Origin: a virus
Lineage: Duplodnaviria; Caudoviricetes
Virus record (IMG/VR): IMGVR_UViG_3300009447_000043
Coordinates: 1 to 25,243 of that record
Strand: one strand, 5' to 3'
Length of the DNA stretch: 25,243 nucleotides
Of this stretch, positions 17,986-25,243 are shown piece after piece. How positions within the stretch are numbered: the first letter of the stretch is position 1; each line of letters starts with the position of its first letter. The notes beneath the pieces were generated by a model that worked only from the letters and a program-made list of their open reading frames with translations, searched no databases and was not told where the DNA came from. The position numbers and the translations under genes are program-made.

Positions 17986-18021
17986 ATTATAAGTTACTTT
18001 ACACAATTTAAAAGTTACTTT
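17986..18021 (-). promoter_or_regulatory. Portal upstream region: TGTGTAA box, TATAAT and two AAGTTACTTT copies
   Basis: TGTGTAA at 17999-18005 (-), TATAAT at 17986-17991 (-), AAGTTACTTT at 17991-18000 and 18012-18021 (+). Confidence 0.5.
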
Positions 18022-18031
18022 TTTAACTTTT

Positions 18032-19882
18032 TTAAATAAACATAGGCGTAAAGCCTTGATTACTTTCTTCTGGTACATCCATCATGTCATAATAAATATT
18101 CATTCCCCAGTTGCCCAGTACCAGAGCGGAATAGGAATCCTTTCTTGGCCTATCCACTCCCTTCTGTCTTTTTAGGTTGCTGGGTAAATCAAAACTTTGA
18201 GTACCACCATTAGAACTAGAAACTTGAATCAAAGCACATTCAGCCTTTGTTAAATCAATTATGTCTTTCTGGTGTTCTATAAATTCAATCATTTTTGCGC
18301 CAGCATTCTTTTCGTCTTCGTATTTAGAAAATTTTAAATCTTTTATTGGTATTTTTTTAGCTCTCTGCATCGAATAATTGTCATCCATAGCTGTCGCTGC
18401 AAAATAAAGTCTTTTTCTGTCAAAAGCAGTCTGCAACATTTCGTTACCATTTCTAATCCAAACAGAAGTTGGTTTCCGTAAGTAACAGATAGTTTTATTT
18501 GAGACGTTGTAACCCCTCCTCGCTTCTTTTAGATCTTTTACATAATCATGTGGGTTATCTAAACCAGCATCGAACATACCTATTTCTAGTTTATCTTTCT
18601 TAAATAAATCACTTTCGTTGCAAGAGTTCATAAATTGAACACCACCATTGTAGTCACCCACAACCATAATTACGTTAAAATGGTCAATAATATACTTAAA
18701 GTAAGTCATGTGCTTTTTTAGGTTTGTGCCAGGTAGAGCATAACTATGCACAACAACACCTTTTTTTTCTTCTGGTATTAACTTAATAACCTGCATAGCA
18801 AAATCATCAGAAGCTTCAGATTCGGACCATGATGGGTCAAATGCTAGTATGTATTCAGCGCCCGCTTCCCCTGCAACCTCAACCGCTGGTGATTCCCCAT
18901 CTTCAATAGTACATTCAGCCATCTTGCTTATCTTGAAATAACCAGCGCTGTCATCTGTGAATTGAGCATTAAATTCTCGATCAATTTGAGATTGACTCAT
19001 AGTACCTCTTGCTTGGCTTATAAGATTTTCATCATATAAAGCTTTGGGAGCGCAATCATAGCTAAACTGCATAATACATCTTCTGCCTTGGTTTTTAGCA
19101 CCAGGATTAAAGATCATATTTTCATAAGCCTGATACATTTTATATAAATATTCAAACTTGTAAGATGCTGACGAAAGACCTATCATTTTATTAGAAGGCC
19201 ACTCTGTACGCTCTTCCTCTGTCATTTTACCAGCGGCAATCATAGCGTCTTCTGCGTCGCTAATTTTTTGTCTTTCTTGTGGGTTTTCTACAACAGCCAA
19301 GAAAGGCATAATGACTTCATTCAAAACCTTTTCTGGCATAAGCAAAAGTTCGTCTACAATAATTCTTTGAAAACGGAAACCACGAAGTTTTTCACCATCT
19401 CCAAGTGGTAAAGCTGTAATTCTGCTTTTGCCTATCTGCATAGACCACTCATCATTTGATTTACTAACCTTACCAATACACTGCCTAAATAATTCTGCTT
19501 TTTTGTCCAAAGATATATCTTCAATCTTGCGAAAAATCATTTTTGATTGCCGAAAAGACTTTGAAATAATACCTATGTGAACTCCTTGGTTTAGCATGGC
19601 GTCCAGTAAAGCGAAAATGCCCGTAGAGAAGGACTTAGACATACCTCGGGACCATACTCCCAAAAAGTAATCATTCTCCATCATAGCCTTTACAGCCATA
19701 TGTTGAAAAGGGAATAATTCAACCCCAGTCAACAACTCTGTTGTGAATGTGACATTGTCTCTTAAGAATTTATACAAATAATACTTGGCTTTGTTATCTT
19801 CGAGGTAGCCATCAAGATCTAAAATCTTTTTGTTGATATCTTCCCTATCTAATGGCTTTTGATTTCCTGTATCCCAACTCAT
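18032..19882 (-). CDS. terL: Terminase large subunit (616 aa)
   Basis: Q motif LFPFQ, Walker A WSRGMSKS, LRG plus Walker B IIVDE, coupling motif LSSA, RNase H-like LAFDPS...SDDFA and KDSYSA. Confidence 0.93.
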   Translation of the reverse strand: MSWDTGNQKPLDREDINKKILDLDGYLEDNKAKYYLYKFLRDNVTFTTELLTGVELFPFQHMAVKAMMENDYFLGVWSRGMSKSFSTGIFALLDAMLNQGVHIGIISKSFRQSKMIFRKIEDISLDKKAELFRQCIGKVSKSNDEWSMQIGKSRITALPLGDGEKLRGFRFQRIIVDELLLMPEKVLNEVIMPFLAVVENPQERQKISDAEDAMIAAGKMTEEERTEWPSNKMIGLSSASYKFEYLYKMYQAYENMIFNPGAKNQGRRCIMQFSYDCAPKALYDENLISQARGTMSQSQIDREFNAQFTDDSAGYFKISKMAECTIEDGESPAVEVAGEAGAEYILAFDPSWSESEASDDFAMQVIKLIPEEKKGVVVHSYALPGTNLKKHMTYFKYIIDHFNVIMVVGDYNGGVQFMNSCNESDLFKKDKLEIGMFDAGLDNPHDYVKDLKEARRGYNVSNKTICYLRKPTSVWIRNGNEMLQTAFDRKRLYFAATAMDDNYSMQRAKKIPIKDLKFSKYEDEKNAGAKMIEFIEHQKDIIDLTKAECALIQVSSSNGGTQSFDLPSNLKRQKGVDRPRKDSYSALVLGNWGMNIYYDMMDVPEESNQGFTPMFI

Positions 19883-20808
19883 ATTTGCTCCTTATCTAAA
19901 AAATATTGTACATCTACATCCCAAAGTTTGTCGCCTAAATATAAAAGCTTCGGAATAATTTCTTCGCTATGTATTCTGTTGTCAGTAAAAATAAATTGAC
20001 AATTACCAGCGAACTCGTGTTGTATTGAAATCATGTTAGAGAATACCCAACTCAGTTTTGGCGCTCTTCTACCTTTTGTAAAAATAGCTTCCTTTTCAAT
20101 TGTTTTTATTGGTTTTTCTATAACTATATACATATAACTATCAAGCTCTACGCATCTTTTCATTTCTTTTCTAAATCTATCAACCTGCCCCCCAAAGGTA
20201 GATAAAAAATCGCCAGAACTCTTTCTATCTACGAATGTATTAGAAAAATCCTTACCACCTAATGTATAATCTCCAAAATCTAATTTTAAAATTTGGGATT
20301 TGGGAAATTCTAATGGCTGCTGCTCTCTAGTATCGATTAATACTTCGACATCAATATCTTCCTTAAACTCTTTAGGCATGCCTTTATAAAATATTGGCTC
20401 AACTCCCATCACGTCACAAGCTTTTGTATATGTACCAAAATGCTCCTTAAAAACATCCAGGTCTGGTAATTGTCTTTTTAAAAGCTCAAGATGGAACGGA
20501 GCATTTTTATAATTCTTTTGTTTGATTCTCCTTTTGGCTAATTCAATTATATATTCTTTAACTTCTTTAGGATCGGATTTTTTGCACCAAGCAACTAATT
20601 GAGATCTATTAATAAAATCATTCTCAAAATACTCCTCCTTCTTCTTGAACGGTAGAGGGTTACCATTAAGTTTGTTGAAACGCGGGTAGTGTTTTACATA
20701 ATAATCTGCCACATAAATTTTATGAGCTTTAAGGTGACCATGTAGGGATTTTTCAGAAGTAAATTCTGATCCGCATTCCTTGCATTTATAAGACATCTTC
20801 GATACCAA
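19879..20808 (-). CDS. C2H2 zinc finger plus ERCC4-domain nuclease (309 aa)
   Basis: CKECGSEFTSEKSLHGHLKAH; C-terminal IDTREQ...GDY...VDRKSSGD matches the ERCC4 GDxnERKx3D motif with E replaced by D. Confidence 0.8.
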   Translation of the reverse strand: MVSKMSYKCKECGSEFTSEKSLHGHLKAHKIYVADYYVKHYPRFNKLNGNPLPFKKKEEYFENDFINRSQLVAWCKKSDPKEVKEYIIELAKRRIKQKNYKNAPFHLELLKRQLPDLDVFKEHFGTYTKACDVMGVEPIFYKGMPKEFKEDIDVEVLIDTREQQPLEFPKSQILKLDFGDYTLGGKDFSNTFVDRKSSGDFLSTFGGQVDRFRKEMKRCVELDSYMYIVIEKPIKTIEKEAIFTKGRRAPKLSWVFSNMISIQHEFAGNCQFIFTDNRIHSEEIIPKLLYLGDKLWDVDVQYFLDKEQI

Positions 20809-21832
20809 TTCCCAAAACTCTAGCTTTCCACGCAGACATCCCCTCTAGACGTTTGGCTTCCTTTTTGATTACTTGTTTTTGCATTTCGGCTATCTTGACC
20901 ATATTTTTTCTTTCCTCTTCTTCTTGAAATAATTGGACAATAGATAGAAATGATGCTGTGTCCTTTTGTTGGTTTGCTAAACGCGTACCACGGTCACCCT
21001 GGAGCTTCTTTGTTAGATTTTCGATACGAGTCTCGCATTGATGATATTCGGAACTTTTGGCTTTGATAATTTCCGCTAAACGGACAGTCATTTCATCTTG
21101 GTGACCAGCATCCTCAAACATCTCGTTTAATTTTTGCAAATGACCAGTAATTAACTCTAAGTTAATAATTTCCTTGCCCACATTCATATATAAATTAAGT
21201 TCGTCAGCAGTTAGGTCTGGCTTGTCCCAAGTAAGTCGTATAAATTCTTGCTCGAATAACTCTTTGTCTCTGGGGCTGATATAATTATTAACAATAGCGA
21301 CAAATCTAGAGTTACTAAGATTTATCCGCAGTTTATCACAACAAGTGCGTGCTGCCCTAGATAGCTTTCCCTCTTCCAACCCGACACCAGTTGAGTCATT
21401 AATCTTTTTAATTAATCTGGAGATGGCTTGTGGTGCAATATAGTTTCCAGAGGAATCTTGGCCTTTTTCTTTTTCTTCTTCTCTTTCTTGGTTAACCAAC
21501 TCATTAATAACACGCCACTCCTTAGAAAGTCTTTTTACTGGTTCTTTAAAAACAATATCAGCGATCTCTGATGTGTTCATCCCATCTCTTTTAAACTCTT
21601 CTATTTCAGATAACTGTTCTTTGGTGAGGGTTATATCGCTCGCCTTATCATGTTTTGTGGTTTTGGTTTTATAACCATTTTTGGCTAGAAATTTCGTGAC
21701 AGTTCTGCCTTCCTTGGAGCGTCCGTCAAGATTTTCGTCTGCAAAAACGGTTCTAGTAATGTTTATAATATTAGGGTCAGTTTTAAAACTTTCTAAAATT
21801 AAGTTTTTTTGATCTTCGGACAATTGAATCAT
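20786..21832 (-). CDS. Hypothetical protein with HTH-like segment and coiled coil (348 aa)
   Basis: GMNTSEIADIVFK resembles an HTH start; heptad-rich C-terminus; overlaps both neighbours. Confidence 0.65.
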   Translation of the reverse strand: MIQLSEDQKNLILESFKTDPNIINITRTVFADENLDGRSKEGRTVTKFLAKNGYKTKTTKHDKASDITLTKEQLSEIEEFKRDGMNTSEIADIVFKEPVKRLSKEWRVINELVNQEREEEKEKGQDSSGNYIAPQAISRLIKKINDSTGVGLEEGKLSRAARTCCDKLRINLSNSRFVAIVNNYISPRDKELFEQEFIRLTWDKPDLTADELNLYMNVGKEIINLELITGHLQKLNEMFEDAGHQDEMTVRLAEIIKAKSSEYHQCETRIENLTKKLQGDRGTRLANQQKDTASFLSIVQLFQEEEERKNMVKIAEMQKQVIKKEAKRLEGMSAWKARVLGIGIEDVL

Positions 21833-22500
21833 AAAATATCCTTTTCTTTTATTATTTCTCTAGCTTTTTCCTGAAAAATTTTCTTAAGATTTTTGATTTG
21901 TTTATACCCAGCAGAGCGTTTTCGTTCATTTGTTTTAAAACCTAGATATTTAGCCACATCCTCTTCGCTATTGTTATTAATAAACAACATCTTAAAAGCG
22001 TTAAAATGTCTAACGCTTAAATGCGGTCTCATTTCGTTGGCGAGTTTTGTTGCAGCTTTCTCTAAGTCTAAAAAATTATCTTGATGCTCTCCCACCTCAT
22101 AAATATGATTTTCCATTGTGACTGCTAATTTTATATCGTATGCCGCTTTCTTTTTTTTAGACCACGCTTTATACTCTTCACAAGAGCTGTCTTGAATGCC
22201 GCTTTTATTTTGGGCGCAACCATCTCCACCATTATTAAACTTGCACCTCAAGCACGGTCTAACAAAATTTCCATAATAGTTTCTTAGTAAGTTTTTAAAT
22301 TGATTAGAGACGACCCTATTCAACCAAGGTTCAACAGGTTTAGATTGATCCCACAGATGCCATTTTTTATATATGTGAGTCATGATGATCTGTTTAATAT
22401 CATCATAATCTATATAAGCTACAGCATCTAAATCCCACTTTGATCTTTTTCTTTCTAACGCTTCTTCGATTTCTTTAATTTTTTCTCCAAAAGAATACAT
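21829..22500 (-). CDS. Sigma-70-family (region 2 + region 4) RNA polymerase sigma factor (223 aa)
   Basis: Region 2-like DYDDIKQIIMTHIYKKWHLWD...WLNRVVSNQFKNLLR; region 4-like LSVRHFNAFKMLF...SEEDVAKYLG; four-Cys linker. Confidence 0.78.
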   Translation of the reverse strand: MYSFGEKIKEIEEALERKRSKWDLDAVAYIDYDDIKQIIMTHIYKKWHLWDQSKPVEPWLNRVVSNQFKNLLRNYYGNFVRPCLRCKFNNGGDGCAQNKSGIQDSSCEEYKAWSKKKKAAYDIKLAVTMENHIYEVGEHQDNFLDLEKAATKLANEMRPHLSVRHFNAFKMLFINNNSEEDVAKYLGFKTNERKRSAGYKQIKNLKKIFQEKAREIIKEKDIL

Positions 22501-22814
22501 TATAGATCATTTATGTCTCTAACTGTTTTTTGTCGCCTCTTGGGGCTTTGATTTCCCCCGATAGAGCCTATGGTTTGCTGAAAGCTTGCCCCAAAATCTT
22601 CAATCTCATATTCTAGCTTAGAGATATTGGGGATAAAATTAGCGTCAGTATAACCATCTGCATCTTCCACAGATTTTGCTACCACACTTTTGGTAGTGGT
22701 TTCGGTCTTAGCTTTTTTTTCCCCCGATATCGCAGTGCCGCAACTCGGACAAAAATTGGGAGGGGTGAATTTATATTCTAGTTTAGTTCCACAATCAAAA
22801 CAAAATTTAGTCAT
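22500..22814 (-). CDS. Zinc-ribbon protein (104 aa)
   Basis: KFCFDCG...PNFCPSCG; TAATG coupling to the sigma gene. Confidence 0.8.
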   Translation of the reverse strand: MTKFCFDCGTKLEYKFTPPNFCPSCGTAISGEKKAKTETTTKSVVAKSVEDADGYTDANFIPNISKLEYEIEDFGASFQQTIGSIGGNQSPKRRQKTVRDINDL

Positions 22815-22849
22815 ACTCCATTATAAAGTAAAACATAATTTTTTAAATT

Positions 22850-23539
22850 TTAATTTTTTTCTAACTTAGAAACAATAAATTTAAGTATTTCACTTCTCTT
22901 GATATCCTCTACCCCAAATCTTGTACAATGAATTCCATTATCCTTAGATTCTTGATCGTCAAAAGCATCAAAGATACTAGAAAATCCACTATTGCGGATA
23001 TCACTTTGCATCATATCGCCACAAATAATAATCTTAGAATCTTCGCCTATTCTTGTTAGGACAGTCATAAGCTCATTATAACAAAAATTCTGAGCCTCGT
23101 CTATAATAACTATTGTGTCGTTCCAATTAGAACCTCTGACAAAATTAACAGGCATACATTGAAAAAGATTTTTTTCTTTAAGTATTTTGATTTCCGAAGG
23201 CTGGACCATTTCTTCGAGTTTGTCGTAAAATGGGCTAGCGAACACACCGAACTTCTCATCAATAGATCCAGGGAGCGACCCAAGGCTCTTTTGAGAGCTT
23301 TCAGCTATACTTCTGATGTACAGAATATCTTTTTCAAGGTCTGCGTCCATCATCATCTGCAAGGCTGAATACACAGCCATGTAGGTTTTTGCGGTTCCAG
23401 CAGGTCCAGCCAAAAACATTAATTTTGTTTCTGGGTCTAAAGCTGTTTTTAAAAAATCAACCTGGTTTTGAGTAAATTTAAATTTACGTTCCTTGAATCT
23501 AATCTTGTGACTCAATTGTTTGAATTCTAGTTTCGACAT
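22850..23539 (-). CDS. phoH: PhoH-family ATPase (229 aa)
   Basis: GPAGTAKT, LGSLPG, FVRGS, IIDEAQN, LTRIG, GDMMQSD, DIKRS motifs. Confidence 0.93.
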   Translation of the reverse strand: MSKLEFKQLSHKIRFKERKFKFTQNQVDFLKTALDPETKLMFLAGPAGTAKTYMAVYSALQMMMDADLEKDILYIRSIAESSQKSLGSLPGSIDEKFGVFASPFYDKLEEMVQPSEIKILKEKNLFQCMPVNFVRGSNWNDTIVIIDEAQNFCYNELMTVLTRIGEDSKIIICGDMMQSDIRNSGFSSIFDAFDDQESKDNGIHCTRFGVEDIKRSEILKFIVSKLEKN

Positions 23540-23549
23540 TCATATAATA

Positions 23550-23556
23550 TTACACT
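23550..23556 (-). promoter_or_regulatory. AGTGTAA box before phoH
   Basis: Minus strand TAAAAGTGTAATATTATATGAATG; 10 nt to ATG 23539. Confidence 0.6.
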
Positions 23557-23557
23557 T

Positions 23558-24646
23558 TTACTCTATCCTAAGTACTGCCCAAGAGTGAATTCTAATATAA
23601 AGATCCGAAAACCCATTATAGAAAAATATAGAATCAGGTTGGCTACTATCCATGAAAGCCTCCGTTAGCACCCTGTTCGGTTCGCTGTCAAGCGCAAAGT
23701 CTACATTATAAAGACGGAGATCTTCCTGTCTGTCACTGGGATCCCCCATTCGGAGCGATTCTTTACTTATGTCCTTGCCATTAATGATGTTTCTTAAGTT
23801 TTCCGTGCTGGCGTCGGAAATTCTGCAACCAGCAGCGTATTGATGGTTTCTGCGGGGTCTATTAGCTATTGGTTCAAATGGTGGCGATTCGTAAAAAAAC
23901 GGATTTACTCGATAACCTGGACGATTGGCTCCAAGAACATTCAGGTCCGCTCTGGTAATTTCTAAGCCCCAAAATGACGCATAATCTCCTGACGCGTTGG
24001 GGTCTATACCCGAGCCTGAAGCTTCGTAGTAAGGGTTCGCTAATCCGTATGTTCTTGGGGCAATATAGCCAGCAGTTGTGGTGATTGTAGGAATCGCATC
24101 CGCTTGTCTGCCTCTGGCACTCAAAATTTCTTCGCTACCTGTTACCCACACTAATTTATGTTTACCATTAACACCGACATCATCTGGTTCAATGAAATTT
24201 GAGTTTGGAATTGGTTGAGTTGAATATAGTTTGTTTAAATAACGTTGGGCGTCGACCCCCGTACTATTGCTAAAATCTATAGCGTTACCCTGCCATCCGA
24301 TGAATCCAGAACAATCGGGATCAAAAGGTAAACTCTTAACATCGTTGTCTCTCATAATCCCAAAAAAAGAATTAGAAACATTTGTGATACCACCAGCGTC
24401 GTATCTCATAACACCAGTCCCGTTTGTTGTGTCTGTTATCGGTGTATTGTACTTAGCGTCAGAACTTGAGCTTAGCCCTGTTGTGCTGGTAAAACTCCAG
24501 ATTGCGGCTAATCTAATTTTAGTCCAATCCTTACCAAAAGAAAATGGAACCTGGTAAGCTGTATAAGGTTCTAAAACTAAACATTTTTCGCCCGTACCTT
24601 GATATAATGTATCCTCTATTTGTTTATTATAAATAATCCCTGCCAT
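23558..24646 (-). CDS. Hypothetical beta-rich protein (362 aa), possibly virion-associated
   Basis: Long ORF with an AGTGTAA box upstream; paralog of the adjacent upstream gene. Confidence 0.7.
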   Translation of the reverse strand: MAGIIYNKQIEDTLYQGTGEKCLVLEPYTAYQVPFSFGKDWTKIRLAAIWSFTSTTGLSSSSDAKYNTPITDTTNGTGVMRYDAGGITNVSNSFFGIMRDNDVKSLPFDPDCSGFIGWQGNAIDFSNSTGVDAQRYLNKLYSTQPIPNSNFIEPDDVGVNGKHKLVWVTGSEEILSARGRQADAIPTITTTAGYIAPRTYGLANPYYEASGSGIDPNASGDYASFWGLEITRADLNVLGANRPGYRVNPFFYESPPFEPIANRPRRNHQYAAGCRISDASTENLRNIINGKDISKESLRMGDPSDRQEDLRLYNVDFALDSEPNRVLTEAFMDSSQPDSIFFYNGFSDLYIRIHSWAVLRIE

Positions 24647-24654
24647 ATGAATTA

Positions 24655-24661
24655 TTACACT
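24655..24661 (-). promoter_or_regulatory. AGTGTAA box
   Basis: Minus strand TAAAGTGTAATAATTCATATG; 8 nt to ATG 24646. Confidence 0.6.
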
Positions 24662-25243
24662 TTATTTGATTGATATGACCACCCAAGAGTGAATTCTTAT
24701 ATTAATATCGTCAAACCCATTATATAAAAACAAAGAATTTGGCAGATTGTTTTGGTTAAATTCAGAATTAACTGCTGGATTATAAATTGGGGCCGCTGGG
24801 TTATCAAGGTTTATTTTATTTTCAACCGCGGTTGGAGTCTCGTTTTTGAGAAAGCCTCCATAAACTATTTTTTTTATGTTTTCTTTACTTAAATTATTTA
24901 TTTTACAATTCGGGTTATACTGATCGTTTAAAACAGTAACACCGTCTTCCAAAAAAAGACTTGAATCATTATAGTATAAAGGCAGGACCTCATACGAGTG
25001 TTTGTTGGAGCGGTTTACAACATTTACTTCGATGCCCCAAAATGACGCAAAATTTTCTTCTCCCTCTGGACTAATGCCAGAAGGGTTAGGGTTTTTTAAT
25101 CCATATATCCTTGGAGCAATCGAGCCTACAGAACCGTTGGCGGTATACACAGCCTGACTATCTACTACCGATTCGCGACCAGTAGACCAAATAAAATTAC
25201 TTGGGTTAATATTTATGCCACTATAATTCAAATCACTTGATAT
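24662..25243 (-). CDS. Hypothetical protein, 5' end beyond the right edge; paralog of 23558-24646
   Basis: Frame is open from the window edge (ISSDLNYSG...), so the TTG at 25231 is probably not the start; shares IAPR.YGL.NP, ASFWG.E and YNGF.D..IRIHSW motifs with the neighbour. Confidence 0.72.
   Translation of the reverse strand: MSSDLNYSGININPSNFIWSTGRESVVDSQAVYTANGSVGSIAPRIYGLKNPNPSGISPEGEENFASFWGIEVNVVNRSNKHSYEVLPLYYNDSSLFLEDGVTVLNDQYNPNCKINNLSKENIKKIVYGGFLKNETPTAVENKINLDNPAAPIYNPAVNSEFNQNNLPNSLFLYNGFDDINIRIHSWVVISIK

Noticed and set aside
25229-25231. TTG start assigned by the ORF track to the last gene
   Set aside because: The frame stays open to the window edge and the paralog has a longer N-terminal region, so the real start is probably outside the window.
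1-25243. Stop-codon reassignment, CRISPR array, tRNA genes, introns or inteins
   Set aside because: Genes tile densely under the standard code with TAA, TAG and TGA all used as stops; no repeat-spacer array or tRNA-sized structured gap was seen; terminase, portal and capsid appear uninterrupted.

Overview
Morphogenesis and packaging region of an AT-rich tailed dsDNA phage (Caudoviricetes, probably long non-contractile tail; no sheath gene seen). Reading the minus strand from the right end: two paralogous unknown genes, PhoH, a zinc-ribbon protein, a sigma-70-family factor, an HTH/coiled-coil protein, a zinc-finger/ERCC4 nuclease, terminase large subunit, portal, a small protein, protease-scaffold, decoration protein, major capsid, two helical paralogs and a probable head-tail adaptor. 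A four-gene plus-strand block (probable stopper, neck/tail completion, tail terminator, tail tube) follows, then probable tail chaperones and a tape measure protein of at least 1868 codons (ATG 5605, runs off the left edge, absent from the ORF track). Main observations: (1) a candidate phage late-transcription system, with an (A/T)GTGTAA box before eight genes and an extended TTTCACA-N13-ACTGTAAACAATACTAAAAT element both before the tail tube gene and inside the protease gene before a probable internal scaffold start, possibly read by the Cys-linker sigma factor; (2) a tape measure protein with repeated GFIPNFA motifs bracketing a PD-(D/E)xK nuclease-like segment; (3) the neck/tube block is inverted relative to canonical gene order. 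Product calls rest on motifs read by eye and on synteny; no database searches were run.
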